The notes beneath the pieces were generated by a model, which saw only the letters and a program-made list of their open reading frames with translations, was not told the origin of the DNA and did not search any database. The translations under genes and the position numbers were made by a program. Positions 10,417 through 22,702 of a DNA stretch of 64,000 nt are shown one piece after another (position 1 is the stretch's first letter; each line of letters begins with the position of its first letter). The stretch is from an uncultured Bacteroides sp. (lineage in GTDB: Bacteria > Bacteroidota > Bacteroidia > Bacteroidales > Bacteroidaceae). Location: positions 22,781 to 86,780 of the forward strand of contig CAYUIJ010000002.1 of NCBI GenBank assembly GCA_964444735.1, read 5' to 3'.

Positions 10417-10790
10417 ATATGGCCGAACGCCGCCCGTGCGGAGGCCGCCGCGCCTACGGACAAGACATTGCGCCCCGTGCCGGAAGATTCCGCAGACTGA
10501 GATCACACGAGGAACATCTATATCGAAGGCGATAACCTCGTAGTGACAGACAGTGAAGGCATTGAGAATACAATCCCGACTGGGCTGTAGCCTTCCGCGA
10601 AGGATCCGTGAAACACGTCTATTTCGTGGCTGAGACCAAAGGCAATGACATCGAAGTGTCGCAGCTTCGCCGTGCCGAGGATGCCAAGATAAAATGCGCC
10701 CGCCGCCACTTTGCCGCCATCAGCGAGGGCGATGTGGCGTATAGCGTGGTGAAGACCTATCAGGACTTGTATGACGCGGTGATGAAACAG
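10417..10790 (+). pseudogene. Collapsed type III restriction-modification remnant (mod and res fragments)
   Basis: Mod-like KTLRPVPEDSAD*DHTRNIYIEGDNL, then Res-like VVTDSEGIE and, after a frameshift, YNPDWAVAF...YFVAETKG...KIKCARRHF. Confidence 0.8.
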
Positions 10791-10989
10791 GAACCGCACC
10801 TTATGCCATGGCTCCGGCTTATGAGGCCCGTGACAGCCGGATTGTGATCTCGTCACTGACACCTGTCATGAATGCGGCTTTTGCAATTTTCCGCCTGATG
10901 TGTTGAGAAATCAAGCACAATGCCCATGAAAACGGGATAAAGAACGAGATAGAACCCCGCCACGAGACATAAGCTTCGCTGACACGGCT

Positions 10990-11766
10990 TTATTTTACGT
11001 CCATGACTCCATAGCGCACCTCGTCCTTTCCTTTACGGCAGCGGACCATTACCTTCCCCTCCGGGTCCAGCAATTGAGAATCTCCGGCATAGAAAAGTCC
11101 GTACGGGTCATTGCCGGCACAGTTCACCGCCACTATATACGACCGGTTTTCCATGGCACGCTCTTTCAACAGGCGGTTCCAGTCTTCCCTACGGGAAGCA
11201 GGCCAGTTAGCTATATAGATGGCGGCGTCATACCGTCCGTTGTTACGGCTCCACTCCGGAAAACGCAAGTCATAGCAAATATAGGCAGCCAGCCTTACTC
11301 CTTTATACTCAAATATCAGCGCCTTCGTTCCCGGAGAGAAAAACCCCTTTTTAAAACAATTATGCTTGTCATAATATTGCACGGTACTATCCGGAAAGGC
11401 GGCTATCAAACGGTTGTAGAACTTGCCCTCACGGGCATATACGGTAGATCCTATTACCACAGCCCGCTTCCTGACAGCCCAGTTCCGCAGAGCGGCCTCG
11501 ACCTCTTCAAAACGGCAGGCTACGGAGAGTCCGTTCTTTTTCTCCGCTTTCCTCATCTCACATCCGGAAACAAACAGCTCCGGAAAGACAATCAGGTCAC
11601 ATGCCTCGCACGCTTCCACTCTCTTATCGAAAGCGGCCAGATTGGCATCCACATCTCCCCATGCCAGGCGGGACTGCACGAGCGCCACTTTCAACGTTTG
11701 CGCATCCGATGCCAAAGCATAAGAGACAACAAGGAAAAGACAGAATATTCTCATTGTTCGTTTCAT
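10990..11766 (-). CDS. Carbon-nitrogen hydrolase (nitrilase/omega-amidase, YafV-like) with signal peptide
   Basis: E-K-C triad motifs FPE, YDK, ICYDLRFPE; ANWP; RAMEN; hydrophobic N-terminus ending SDA/Q. Confidence 0.88.
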   Translation of the reverse strand: MKRTMRIFCLFLVVSYALASDAQTLKVALVQSRLAWGDVDANLAAFDKRVEACEACDLIVFPELFVSGCEMRKAEKKNGLSVACRFEEVEAALRNWAVRKRAVVIGSTVYAREGKFYNRLIAAFPDSTVQYYDKHNCFKKGFFSPGTKALIFEYKGVRLAAYICYDLRFPEWSRNNGRYDAAIYIANWPASRREDWNRLLKERAMENRSYIVAVNCAGNDPYGLFYAGDSQLLDPEGKVMVRCRKGKDEVRYGVMDVK

Positions 11767-12115
11767 TTGTCACGGCTGTTAAAATTCCAGCCGCAAAGAT
11801 AAAGGATTTCAATTTTACATACGTATCTTTCTGCAGGCAATTCAGGTAGCGGGAAATATTAATTTTTTAGAATATTCGGCAAACATGGCGGCCTTCAAAG
11901 AAACGGCAGAATGAGCTCCATAGATCCCTCATATTCAAGCCATCCGTGCCTGTGCCGATGCGCAACGGGATGTCCTGACACTTCCCGGACCCGTAATGCC
12001 GGTATCTGAACAAGACGGAGTCTTCCAATTCCGTTTCCGGTAACGAACGGGGTATCGTATATAAGGGCCAATAATGCGGAGTTGAAATTTATTTTTAAAA
12101 TAATTTGCCATTAAT

Positions 12116-12146
12116 TTTGATTAGTCTGTTTTTTTATATATGTTTG
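12116..12146 (+). promoter_or_regulatory. atp operon promoter (-33/-7)
   Basis: TTTG (12116-12119), 19-bp spacer, TATGTTTG (12139-12146). Confidence 0.7.
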
Positions 12147-12159
12147 ATGGCGATAATGA

Positions 12160-13725
<1,566 letters not shown>

Positions 13726-13730
13726 TATAT

Positions 13731-13982
13731 ATGGAAACGAACAACTTGAATTTAGTAATTGTTTCGCCGGAAAAGACATTGTTTAAAGGTGAAGTGCTGG
13801 ATGTCACCTTTCCGGGTACAATGGGTGAGTTTATGGTATTGCCGAAGCACGCGCCGTTGTTTTCTTCCTTGGAGAGGGGCGTGATAAAATATACCGTAAA
13901 GGAAGGCGGGCGGCTGCTTGAAATAACGGGCGGTTTCGTGGAAGTCAGAAAGAACGAAGTCTCGGTGTGTGTTGAACAATAA
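13731..13982 (+). CDS. atpC: ATP synthase F1 epsilon (short form)
   Basis: IVSPEK, GEFMVLPKHAP, GGFVEV; follows atpD. Confidence 0.93.
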   Translation: METNNLNLVIVSPEKTLFKGEVLDVTFPGTMGEFMVLPKHAPLFSSLERGVIKYTVKEGGRLLEITGGFVEVRKNEVSVCVEQ

Positions 13983-13995
13983 GAATTAAAGGATT

Positions 13996-14400
13996 ATGCT
14001 TCCCAAAGTCAAACGGATATTTGTTATAGCCTTGACGTTGACAAGTGTAGTGTTCGGGTGGATAGGCTATGGAATATTACGACTGTTCTATCCTGATGAA
14101 TATTCACCCTGTTTTCCTTTAATTCCATTGTTTTTTTATGTATTCGGGCTTGCCTTTATTTGTCTGTTTGAATACATGCACAAGCACATGCGTGAGAAGT
14201 CTGCGTTAGTGTACGTTGTAAGTAGAGGAGCCAAACTGGCGGCTGGTCTGATATTCTTAGTCATTTGCGGTTTTTTCACAGGCATAACCAAGGTATTTAT
14301 TCTGGCTTTTTTTGCATATTATATTGCATACGTGATATTCGAAAGTTGTTTTTTCTTCCGTTATGAGATGAAAATGAAAAAAGTGAATAAGAAAAAATGA
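13996..14400 (+). CDS. Four-TM membrane protein in the atp operon (AtpI-like)
   Basis: About 4 hydrophobic helices; lies between atpC and atpB. Confidence 0.65.
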   Translation: MLPKVKRIFVIALTLTSVVFGWIGYGILRLFYPDEYSPCFPLIPLFFYVFGLAFICLFEYMHKHMREKSALVYVVSRGAKLAAGLIFLVICGFFTGITKVFILAFFAYYIAYVIFESCFFFRYEMKMKKVNKKK

Positions 14401-15476
14401 AAACATTGCGCTGTTTTTGGCTATTTCTGCTTGTCCTTATTACAGGCTTGCCGCCTGTATATGCGGACAATACTGAAACCGGAGGGGAAAAAGGCAAGGT
14501 AGACGTACAAGAAATAGTATTTGGACATATCAGAGATTCATACGAATGGCATATTCTTACATATGGCGGTACGCATGTCTCCGTTCCTCTTCCTGTCATT
14601 GTGTACAGTTCAAGTAGCGGATGGCACGCGTTCTTGTCGTCTAATCTGGATCATGGTCAGGAATATGAAGGGTTTTACATTGCAGAAGGCGGGGAGTATG
14701 CGGGGAAAATAGTGGAAAAAGACGCTCAAGGAAACGAGGTCCGTCCTTTGGATATATCGGTTACTAAAACCGTTCTTTCGTTAATGATTAACAGCCTGAT
14801 TCTTGTACTCATTATTATAGGAGCATCCCGCTGGTATAAGGACAGGAAGCCTGGTTCTGAAGCGCCTAAAGGCTTTGTCGGCTTTATGGAAATGTTCGTA
14901 ATGATGATTCATGACGATGTTATCGTGAGTTGTGTGGGCAAGGAATACAAGCGTTTCGCTCCTTATCTCCTTACGGTGTTTTTCTTTATATTCGTCAATA
15001 ACCTGATGGGACTCATACCTGTCTTTCCGGGTGGAGGAAACGTTACGGGCAATATAGCCATTACGTTATTTCTCGCTTTGATGACTTTCTTGGCTGTAAA
15101 TATTTTCGGAACAAAAGAATACTGGAAAGAAATCTTTTGGCCGGATGTGCCTGCATGGCTGAAAGTCCCGGTTCCTTTTATGCCGGTTATTGAGCTGTTT
15201 GGTGTCTTCACGAAGCCTTTCGCATTGACTATCCGTTTGTTTGCGAATATAATGGCCGGTCATGCCGTAATCCTTTCGTTGGTATCGATTATTTTCATCA
15301 CGGCTTCATTGGGTGTGGTGTTAAATACGTCAATGACTGTCATATCGGTTTTGTTTTCTGTATTTATGTCATGCTTAGAAATATTGGTAGCGTTTATCCA
15401 AGCCTATGTATTTACGATGCTCTCGGCCGTATTTATCGGCTTAGCCCAAGTTCGTCATGAACATAAACAGCAATAA
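14397..15476 (+). CDS. atpB: ATP synthase Fo subunit a
   Basis: NLMGLIP, IRLFANIMAGH, FIQAYVF. Confidence 0.97.
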   Translation: MKTLRCFWLFLLVLITGLPPVYADNTETGGEKGKVDVQEIVFGHIRDSYEWHILTYGGTHVSVPLPVIVYSSSSGWHAFLSSNLDHGQEYEGFYIAEGGEYAGKIVEKDAQGNEVRPLDISVTKTVLSLMINSLILVLIIIGASRWYKDRKPGSEAPKGFVGFMEMFVMMIHDDVIVSCVGKEYKRFAPYLLTVFFFIFVNNLMGLIPVFPGGGNVTGNIAITLFLALMTFLAVNIFGTKEYWKEIFWPDVPAWLKVPVPFMPVIELFGVFTKPFALTIRLFANIMAGHAVILSLVSIIFITASLGVVLNTSMTVISVLFSVFMSCLEILVAFIQAYVFTMLSAVFIGLAQVRHEHKQQ

Positions 15477-15525
15477 AGCCTTATAAAAGAAAATTTTAGA
15501 AAAATATATTTAGTAATACATTTAA

Positions 15526-15789
<264 letters not shown>

Positions 15790-15811
15790 TTCAAAAAAAG
15801 AGGCTTAGCTT

Positions 15812-16315
15812 ATGTCACTACTTAACCCCGATATTGGTGTTTTCTTTTGGATGCTGGTGTCATTCATCATTGTATTCATCATACTTGCAAAGTTCGGATT
15901 TCCGGTATTGGTTAACATGGTAAACGAACGTAAGCAATATATTGATGAATCGTTGAAGTCGGCACGCGAAGCCAATGAGAAATTATCGCATATCAAAGAA
16001 GAAAGTGAATCCATTTTGGTTGAAGCCCGCAAAGAACAAGCCAGAATTTTGAAAGAAGCTATGGAGACGCGCGCTCAGATTGTCAATGAGGCGAAGGAGA
16101 AAGCTCAGTCAGAAGGCGGACGCTTGTTGGAAGAAGCGCGTAAACAGATTCAAAAAGAAAAAGATGATGCCATCTGCGATATTCGTAAGCAAGTAGCAGA
16201 GTTGTCTGTGGAAGTTGCTGAAAAAGTCCTTCGCAAACAACTTTCAAGCGAGGTGGAACAAAATGGAATGATCGAGCGTTTACTCGATGAAGTTTCCGAT
16301 TCTAAAAAGCAATAG
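15812..16315 (+). CDS. atpF: ATP synthase Fo subunit b
   Basis: N-terminal TM, charged coiled coil, operon position. Confidence 0.95.
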   Translation: MSLLNPDIGVFFWMLVSFIIVFIILAKFGFPVLVNMVNERKQYIDESLKSAREANEKLSHIKEESESILVEARKEQARILKEAMETRAQIVNEAKEKAQSEGGRLLEEARKQIQKEKDDAICDIRKQVAELSVEVAEKVLRKQLSSEVEQNGMIERLLDEVSDSKKQ

Positions 16316-16318
16316 GTT

Positions 16319-16879
16319 ATGAACACAGGAGTAATTTCAAAACGCTATGCAAAGGCTTTGTATATGTATGCCGAAAAAGCAGGAAAGGTGAGACAGGTAT
16401 ATGACGAAATGTCTGTTATGGCAAACAATTACCTGCTGGTTCCTGGCATGCGCAAGGCGATAGATAATCCTTTGCTTCCGATGAATGACAGGATAAAATT
16501 GCTGTGCAATGCCGCTGGCGGTAAAGTGAGTGAGGAAGTAGAGCGTTTTATCACACTTGTCTTGCACGAGCATCGTGAGAAATTCATGCAGTTCATAGCG
16601 TGCTCCTATGTTGACCTTTATCGCAAAAAGAATAATATTTTTCTCGGTAAGCTAATTACTGCGGAAAAGGTTAGTAAGGAAACCGAAGATCGCATGAGAA
16701 TGATGATTGTAAAGGTAAAAGGTACTCAGGGAACTGTCGAATTTGAAACATGTGTTGAACCTTCTATAATAGGGGGTTTTATCCTTGACATAGATTATAA
16801 CAGGCTAGACGCAAGTGTAGCGGCTCAATTAAACAGAGTGCGCAGGCAGTTTATGGAGAAGAATAGAAGAATTGTATAA
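16319..16879 (+). CDS. atpH: ATP synthase F1 delta
   Basis: [13 protein letters not shown]...DASV. Confidence 0.95.
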   Translation: MNTGVISKRYAKALYMYAEKAGKVRQVYDEMSVMANNYLLVPGMRKAIDNPLLPMNDRIKLLCNAAGGKVSEEVERFITLVLHEHREKFMQFIACSYVDLYRKKNNIFLGKLITAEKVSKETEDRMRMMIVKVKGTQGTVEFETCVEPSIIGGFILDIDYNRLDASVAAQLNRVRRQFMEKNRRIV

Positions 16880-16893
16880 TTAAAGAAGAAAAC

Positions 16894-18480
16894 ATGTCTG
16901 AAAATATAAAACCCGGCGAAATCTCCAGTGTCTTGCTTGAGCAATTGCAAGGTATTGATACCGGTATTCAGTTTGAAGAGGTAGGCATCGTGCTTCAGGT
17001 CAGCGATGGGGTAGTACGTATATACGGATTACGTAATGCCGAAGCTGAGGAATTGCTTGAATTTGAGAATGGAGTAAAGGCCATTGTGATGAACTTGGAG
17101 GAAGACAACGTGGGTGCCGTGCTATTAGGCCCTACCGATAAAATCAAAGAGGGTATGGTGGTAAAGCGCACAAGGCGTATATCTTCGATTATGGTGAGCG
17201 AGAGCATGTTGGGACGTGTCGTAAATCCGCTTGGCGATCCGATTGATGGCGAAGGCGGGATAGGGGGCGATATGACAGAAATGCCATTGGAACGTAAATC
17301 TCCGGGTGTCATCTTCCGTCAGCCTGTTACAGAGCCTCTGCAAACCGGTTTGAAAGCCGTAGATTCCATGATTCCAATCGGTCGCGGACAGCGTGAACTG
17401 ATTATCGGTGACCGTCAGACTGGCAAGACATCAATTGCCATTGATACGATTATTAACCAGCGTGCCAACTATGAAGCCGGAGATCCGGTATATTGTATTT
17501 ATGTCGCTATTGGTCAGAAAGGTTCTACTGTAGCTAATATTGTCAATGTGCTGAAAGAAAAAGGAGCTATGCCTTATACTGTTGTTGTGTCGGCTACAGC
17601 AGCCGATCCTGCGGCGTTACAATATTTCGCTCCGTTTGCAGGCGCGGCTATTGGCGAATATTTCCGTGATACCGGCCGGCATGCGCTGGTTGTTTATGAT
17701 GACTTGTCAAAACAGGCTGTCGCATATCGTGAGGTATCGTTGATTTTGCGTCGTCCGTCTGGCCGTGAAGCTTATCCTGGTGATATATTCTATCTGCATT
17801 CCCGTCTGTTGGAGCGTGCTGCAAAGATAATCCGACAGCAGGAAGTGGCTGAGCAGATGAATGACCTTCCGGCAAGTTTGAAAGGAAAAGTCAAAGGCGG
17901 CGGATCGCTGACTGCACTCCCAATCATTGAGACACAGGCTGGCGATGTTTCTGCTTACATTCCTACAAACGTTATTTCAATTACCGATGGTCAGATATTT
18001 CTGGAGACAGACTTGTTCAACCAAGGTTTCCGTCCTGCCATTAATGCCGGTATCTCCGTGTCACGTGTAGGTGGTAGTGCCCAGATTAAGGCAATGAAGA
18101 AAGTGGCAGGAACATTGAAAATTGACCAGGCACAATATCGTGAACTGGAAGCGTTCTCCAAATTCAGTAGTGATGTGGATCCGGTAACAGCTATGGCATT
18201 AGACCGTGGCCGTAAGAATAACCAGCTGCTTATCCAGTCTCAGTATTCTCCAATGCCCGTTGCTGAGCAGATTGCAATTTTGTATTGCGGAACCAAAGGT
18301 TTGATGAAAGACATCGAAATAGGGCTGGTACATGAATTCCAGGATACATTCTTACAGAATATGCGCGCGGTTCATCAGAAAGACGTGCTTGACGTTTTGG
18401 CAAAAGGCGTAATTAATGATGATGTAACAAAAATTATTACGGAAGTTGCAGCTGCTGTTTGTTTGAAATTTAAAAAATAA
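16894..18480 (+). CDS. atpA: ATP synthase F1 alpha
   Basis: [23 protein letters not shown]. Confidence 0.98.
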   Translation: MSENIKPGEISSVLLEQLQGIDTGIQFEEVGIVLQVSDGVVRIYGLRNAEAEELLEFENGVKAIVMNLEEDNVGAVLLGPTDKIKEGMVVKRTRRISSIMVSESMLGRVVNPLGDPIDGEGGIGGDMTEMPLERKSPGVIFRQPVTEPLQTGLKAVDSMIPIGRGQRELIIGDRQTGKTSIAIDTIINQRANYEAGDPVYCIYVAIGQKGSTVANIVNVLKEKGAMPYTVVVSATAADPAALQYFAPFAGAAIGEYFRDTGRHALVVYDDLSKQAVAYREVSLILRRPSGREAYPGDIFYLHSRLLERAAKIIRQQEVAEQMNDLPASLKGKVKGGGSLTALPIIETQAGDVSAYIPTNVISITDGQIFLETDLFNQGFRPAINAGISVSRVGGSAQIKAMKKVAGTLKIDQAQYRELEAFSKFSSDVDPVTAMALDRGRKNNQLLIQSQYSPMPVAEQIAILYCGTKGLMKDIEIGLVHEFQDTFLQNMRAVHQKDVLDVLAKGVINDDVTKIITEVAAAVCLKFKK

Positions 18481-18485
18481 AGCTT

Positions 18486-19358
18486 ATGGCGTCACTGAAA
18501 GAGATTAAAGGAAGAATAGGTTCTGTACAGAGCACATTGAAGATTACATCGGCAATGAAGCTGGTGGCTTCGACCAAACTGCGTCGGGCACAGGCTGCTA
18601 TTGAAAATATGCTTCCTTATGACCGGAAACTTAATTCCATTTTGCATGATTTCCTTGCAAGCGGAGTAACGGTTGTTTCTCCTTTTACAGAAAAACGTCC
18701 GGTCGAACGAGTGGCGGTAGTTGCTGTTGCATCCAATTCCAGTCTGTGCGGTGGCTTTAATAACAATATAATTAGAAAGGCAGACAGTGTTTTGGGAAAA
18801 TATGCAAGGCAATTAGGCAAAGACTTTATTTTGACATATCCTATCGGTCGAAAAGTGGCTCAGTCATTGGGGAAATGTCATAAGTTAACAGAAGACTACA
18901 AAATGATTGGTGACAAGCCGGCATATAAGCAGGCTTCAGAATTAGCAGAGCATTTGATGAACCTGTTTGTTAACAAGGAAGTTGATCGTGTAGAGCTTGT
19001 TTATACTCATTACAAATCGACTGCCACGCAGGTGATTAGGCATGAGACGTTTTTGCCTTTGGATCTGAATTCTGATGGGAGGATAGACAATAAAGGCGGC
19101 TTTATGCCCGATTATATTATAGAGCCTTCGGCTGAAGAGCTGGTGTCACGATTGTTGCCGAAAGCGCTTCGGATGAAACTATATACCATATTACTTGATT
19201 CGAATGCTTCGGAACACGCTGCGCGTACAGTAGCTATGCAGCAGGCAACCGATAATGCGAATGACTTGCTGCAAGAGTTGAATCTGATGTACAACAAGGG
19301 ACGTCAGCAGGCCATTACAAATGAACTTCTTGATATTATCGGAGGGTCATTGAAATAG
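18486..19358 (+). CDS. atpG: ATP synthase F1 gamma
   Basis: KITSAMKLVA, LCGGFN, RQQAITNEL. Confidence 0.97.
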   Translation: MASLKEIKGRIGSVQSTLKITSAMKLVASTKLRRAQAAIENMLPYDRKLNSILHDFLASGVTVVSPFTEKRPVERVAVVAVASNSSLCGGFNNNIIRKADSVLGKYARQLGKDFILTYPIGRKVAQSLGKCHKLTEDYKMIGDKPAYKQASELAEHLMNLFVNKEVDRVELVYTHYKSTATQVIRHETFLPLDLNSDGRIDNKGGFMPDYIIEPSAEELVSRLLPKALRMKLYTILLDSNASEHAARTVAMQQATDNANDLLQELNLMYNKGRQQAITNELLDIIGGSLK

Positions 19359-19380
19359 ATTGTATATATCTATACATAAG

Positions 19381-19422
19381 AAAAAGACCAGTTTTATGCA
19401 TTGAGTATAAACTGGTCTTTTT
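19381..19422 (+). terminator. atp operon terminator
   Basis: AAAAGACCAGTTT...AAACTGGTCTTTTT hairpin with T tract after atpG. Confidence 0.8.
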
Positions 19423-19850
19423 GCTATTTCATACGGGAATCGCGTTGGTTTTTGAAGAAAGTATATTGATTTTTACCATAGCGTATTTACCCTAGTTCCC
19501 AGAATTTTATTTTTTTAACGTATCATACATGTGAAATTCATATAAGAGGACTTTTATTGCTGATTATCAACAATGTAAGAAAATAACGGTACAAAAAATC
19601 TTGGTTGGAAAAAATGGTATAAAAGCTATTTCAGGTAAGAAAACAAACAGTGAAAAGATGAGTGTTGAATATGAAGATTTAACAAAAACTTAACAGAATA
19701 CAGGCATTTTTATGGGTTTGAGCTGTCTTTTCGGAATATGGCTAAAACCACAAAGCACTTTCAAGGGATTATTACGGAATACTGATAATCAGTAATTTAC
19801 CATCTATGTTAACCAAATAAGGTACAATCCGAAGAGAAAACTATGAAATT

Positions 19851-20753
19851 TTGATATTCTACATCGTTATTCCCATAAAATCATGTACCTTGTGGACTAA
19901 AAATCTTAATGAACAATGGTATTTGGAAACAATAGACGAGGCAGTAGCCAGAATAAAATATTTGATAGAAAAAAGTATTATTGATGGTGGTGTAGAGGCC
20001 AAAAATAATCTTATCCGTACGCAAGGACCTATTTGTATTCTTCACGATGTGGCTAAAGCGTCTTTTATGCGCCTAGGCGTTAATCCTGATTATATCAATC
20101 CTCCGTATGGAGAGCATAATGGTGAGTTAAAACTATCTGGTTTCTTCAAATGCAAAGACCAGGATATCTGTATTCTTCCGGGTAATGTCTCAGCAGAAGA
20201 AGAAATCTTGTTATTTGATGGAATACTCAAAGGAAAGAAAGATCCTTTCGGATTTGATTTGACACAGAAGATTTTATCTGTGAATGTACGAAGTCAATTA
20301 AGTAGCATTGCAAAAAACTTTGACACGTTGTACGAAAGAACCTTTGCGGAGGCGTTAAATCTCCATCTTCGTTGTCCTAATATGGTTTTAGGAGAGTTTT
20401 ATATGATACCTGTATTTGAATACGATGACAATCTTGCAAAAGAACATCGGGTTGGATTCAAAAACAATCGGAAAATTCAAGAGCACATTCAAAAGTACAT
20501 ATACTCCTTTGGAGCAGTAAATAACCGTTCAACAATTAGCGGTGAGGAATATAAGTACGAACGAGTTTGTCTTTTAATTGTGGATTTCAATAGAGATACC
20601 CCAAAAATTTACAACACGGATGATGAATTAAAAGCAGATGGACTTCTGCCTGAACATACAACTGCATCTATCAATAATATGAATTTTTCGACATTTGCAA
20701 GTACCTTGATGTCTATATATCAGCAACGATTTGGACTAACTAGTTTCAGATGA
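19851..20753 (+). CDS. Putative type II restriction endonuclease
   Basis: Convergent with a DNA MTase; KDQDI...SVNVRSQ...KNFDTLYER resembles a variant PD-(D/E)xK core. True start may be TTG at 19923. Confidence 0.7.
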   Translation: MIFYIVIPIKSCTLWTKNLNEQWYLETIDEAVARIKYLIEKSIIDGGVEAKNNLIRTQGPICILHDVAKASFMRLGVNPDYINPPYGEHNGELKLSGFFKCKDQDICILPGNVSAEEEILLFDGILKGKKDPFGFDLTQKILSVNVRSQLSSIAKNFDTLYERTFAEALNLHLRCPNMVLGEFYMIPVFEYDDNLAKEHRVGFKNNRKIQEHIQKYIYSFGAVNNRSTISGEEYKYERVCLLIVDFNRDTPKIYNTDDELKADGLLPEHTTASINNMNFSTFASTLMSIYQQRFGLTSFR

Positions 20754-22582
20754 TATTTACTTATCAAATAATTGTTTATTTCGTTAGGTGTAGTTAGAAC
20801 TCGCAATTCATTTATCTCTGTTTCAGAAAAGTTCGGAACAGAAAAACGTTCTATAAAATTTTTCTGATAGCAGGGATAACCGCCCTCAATAGCGACACTA
20901 GTTTTATCTACATAATATTCCATAATTATTGAATTTAGAATCTTCTGCATGACATCCAGATTTTCAGGTATTGCTATAAGATTGCAATCAAAAAGATTTC
21001 TTTCTTGCTGCGGACGTAAATACACACCATATCCATTGGTAAAGAAACCATTCGGGTCTTGATCAAAAAGGAATCGTGGTGTTTTACTAAAGGTTGGGGT
21101 TAAAAGTTTTACTCCTGTTCTATTCAAGCCTTGGGTACGTCCATAAGCATAAAAAGGGGTATATACATGTTTTCCCTTGCCTCTTTGAGCTAAAACATCT
21201 TTGACGGAAAGTAGATATTTATAACATTCTGGATATTTTGATTGCATAACACTTTCCTGTATAGCGGTTGCTTTGCCATTTTTTAATGTGTATGGGAAGA
21301 TTATTCTACGTGTATTTTGGTTAATATCTTCAGGAGTTTTCATGTCGGATATTTTCACGACAGAACGGGTAATATTCTTTTCTATTCTAAATAACAAGCC
21401 ATTTCGTGCAATATTGTAATAATCAATATCTTCTGATATTGGCTGTATAAAATAGATTTCATCTTTAAGTGTTGCAATGCCAACACATATATTAAATAAA
21501 TTACCTATACGTTCTCCGCACCCTTCAATTTGAGCAATGTTGTGCCTTTCATCTCCGCATAACAATCTCCATTTTGAATCATCAAGCGAAGAATATGGAT
21601 TAAGAGTAAAAGTTGTTTCTTTTAGAAACAATTCAGGCGCAACACCCTCTTTTATACGGTCATATTCAATATTCTCATTACTTGCTTTATTCAAGAATGA
21701 GATAGCAGTATAAGTCTGTACATTAAATACTTTTGTTGCATTAAAATCAACAATCCTATATATAGACCGCTCTTGACGGAAAAAGGCTCTCAGGCTTTCT
21801 CCTGATAAAGATGTAAAATAATTATTGGGGGTAATATAGCCCAATTTCCCATTAGTCTTTAAAATACGTAAACCCAGTTCGAAGAATGCAAAGTATAGAT
21901 TATATGTTCCAAATTGGGTAGTACGATAATTAGCAATCAAAAAAGCCCTAGTATCATCGTCCATATCTTGAAACTTAACGTATGGAGGATTTCCAACTAC
22001 TGCATCAAAATTCTCATTCCAATTGTGCTTCAAGCTATCGCAACAAAATAAGTTCATTTGCGAAACCGATATATTTTCTGACTCACTCAATGCTAACAAA
22101 GAAAGAAGTAATTTACATCTTTCAATATTGTAGTATAGAATATCTGAACCATATATGTTCTCGCAAATACAATCTGAAATGGACTTACCAAATGTATGTT
22201 TGTAATATCTTGCAATGGCAAGTAGAAAAGCTCCACTACCACAACTTGGATCTATAATTCTTGCGTTAAATTCTGGTTTAATAGTTTTAAGGATGAAATC
22301 CGCTATATACGCAGGAGTAAAAAAAGCACCATTTACTTTCTTATCCTCTGGGGGGATTAAGAGTTCCATCGCAATAGACATATCGTCAATTGAAGCAATC
22401 TCGATTTTGTCAATTTCATTTGTTAATTTGGGACATGGGGTAAAACCATCCAAGTATTGGCTAATAATATTATCTGTTCCTATTTCCATTGAATTACTTT
22501 TGATGTAGGAATAAACCAAATGCTTTTCTATGTCCTCAATAGAGAAGCATTTAATGAGATTGTTCAATATTAATGTTTCCAT
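20720..22582 (-). CDS. Gamma-class N6-adenine DNA methyltransferase (TaqI/Eco57I-like)
   Basis: GAFFTP (motif X), DPSCGSGAF (I), VVGNPPY (IV), C-terminal TRD with ILNS...GGY. Confidence 0.93.
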   Translation of the reverse strand: METLILNNLIKCFSIEDIEKHLVYSYIKSNSMEIGTDNIISQYLDGFTPCPKLTNEIDKIEIASIDDMSIAMELLIPPEDKKVNGAFFTPAYIADFILKTIKPEFNARIIDPSCGSGAFLLAIARYYKHTFGKSISDCICENIYGSDILYYNIERCKLLLSLLALSESENISVSQMNLFCCDSLKHNWNENFDAVVGNPPYVKFQDMDDDTRAFLIANYRTTQFGTYNLYFAFFELGLRILKTNGKLGYITPNNYFTSLSGESLRAFFRQERSIYRIVDFNATKVFNVQTYTAISFLNKASNENIEYDRIKEGVAPELFLKETTFTLNPYSSLDDSKWRLLCGDERHNIAQIEGCGERIGNLFNICVGIATLKDEIYFIQPISEDIDYYNIARNGLLFRIEKNITRSVVKISDMKTPEDINQNTRRIIFPYTLKNGKATAIQESVMQSKYPECYKYLLSVKDVLAQRGKGKHVYTPFYAYGRTQGLNRTGVKLLTPTFSKTPRFLFDQDPNGFFTNGYGVYLRPQQERNLFDCNLIAIPENLDVMQKILNSIIMEYYVDKTSVAIEGGYPCYQKNFIERFSVPNFSETEINELRVLTTPNEINNYLISKYHLKLVSPNRC

Positions 22583-22586
22583 ACGG

Positions 22587-22684
22587 CAAAGATAGGTATT
22601 TATTTAATATCTACCAAATATACCCATGGGTAATTTTGTTTTTATCGCATTTATTTAATATGTGCGATTTAATTCATATATTTG
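22587..22684. promoter_or_regulatory. Divergent promoter region between the MTase and a small ORF
   Basis: TATCTTTG (minus, 22587-22594), TATATTTG (plus, 22677-22684), two ATTTATTTAATAT repeats, palindrome TACCCATGGGTA. Confidence 0.6.
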
Positions 22685-22702
22685 CATTATAATATAGGAA
22701 AT

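Noticed and set aside
10108-10506. N-terminal extension of the SPOR ORF and the 9898-10500 ORF
   Set aside because: Recognisable sequence starts at MKELIPH; the extension crosses AT-rich promoter-like DNA and the type III remnant.
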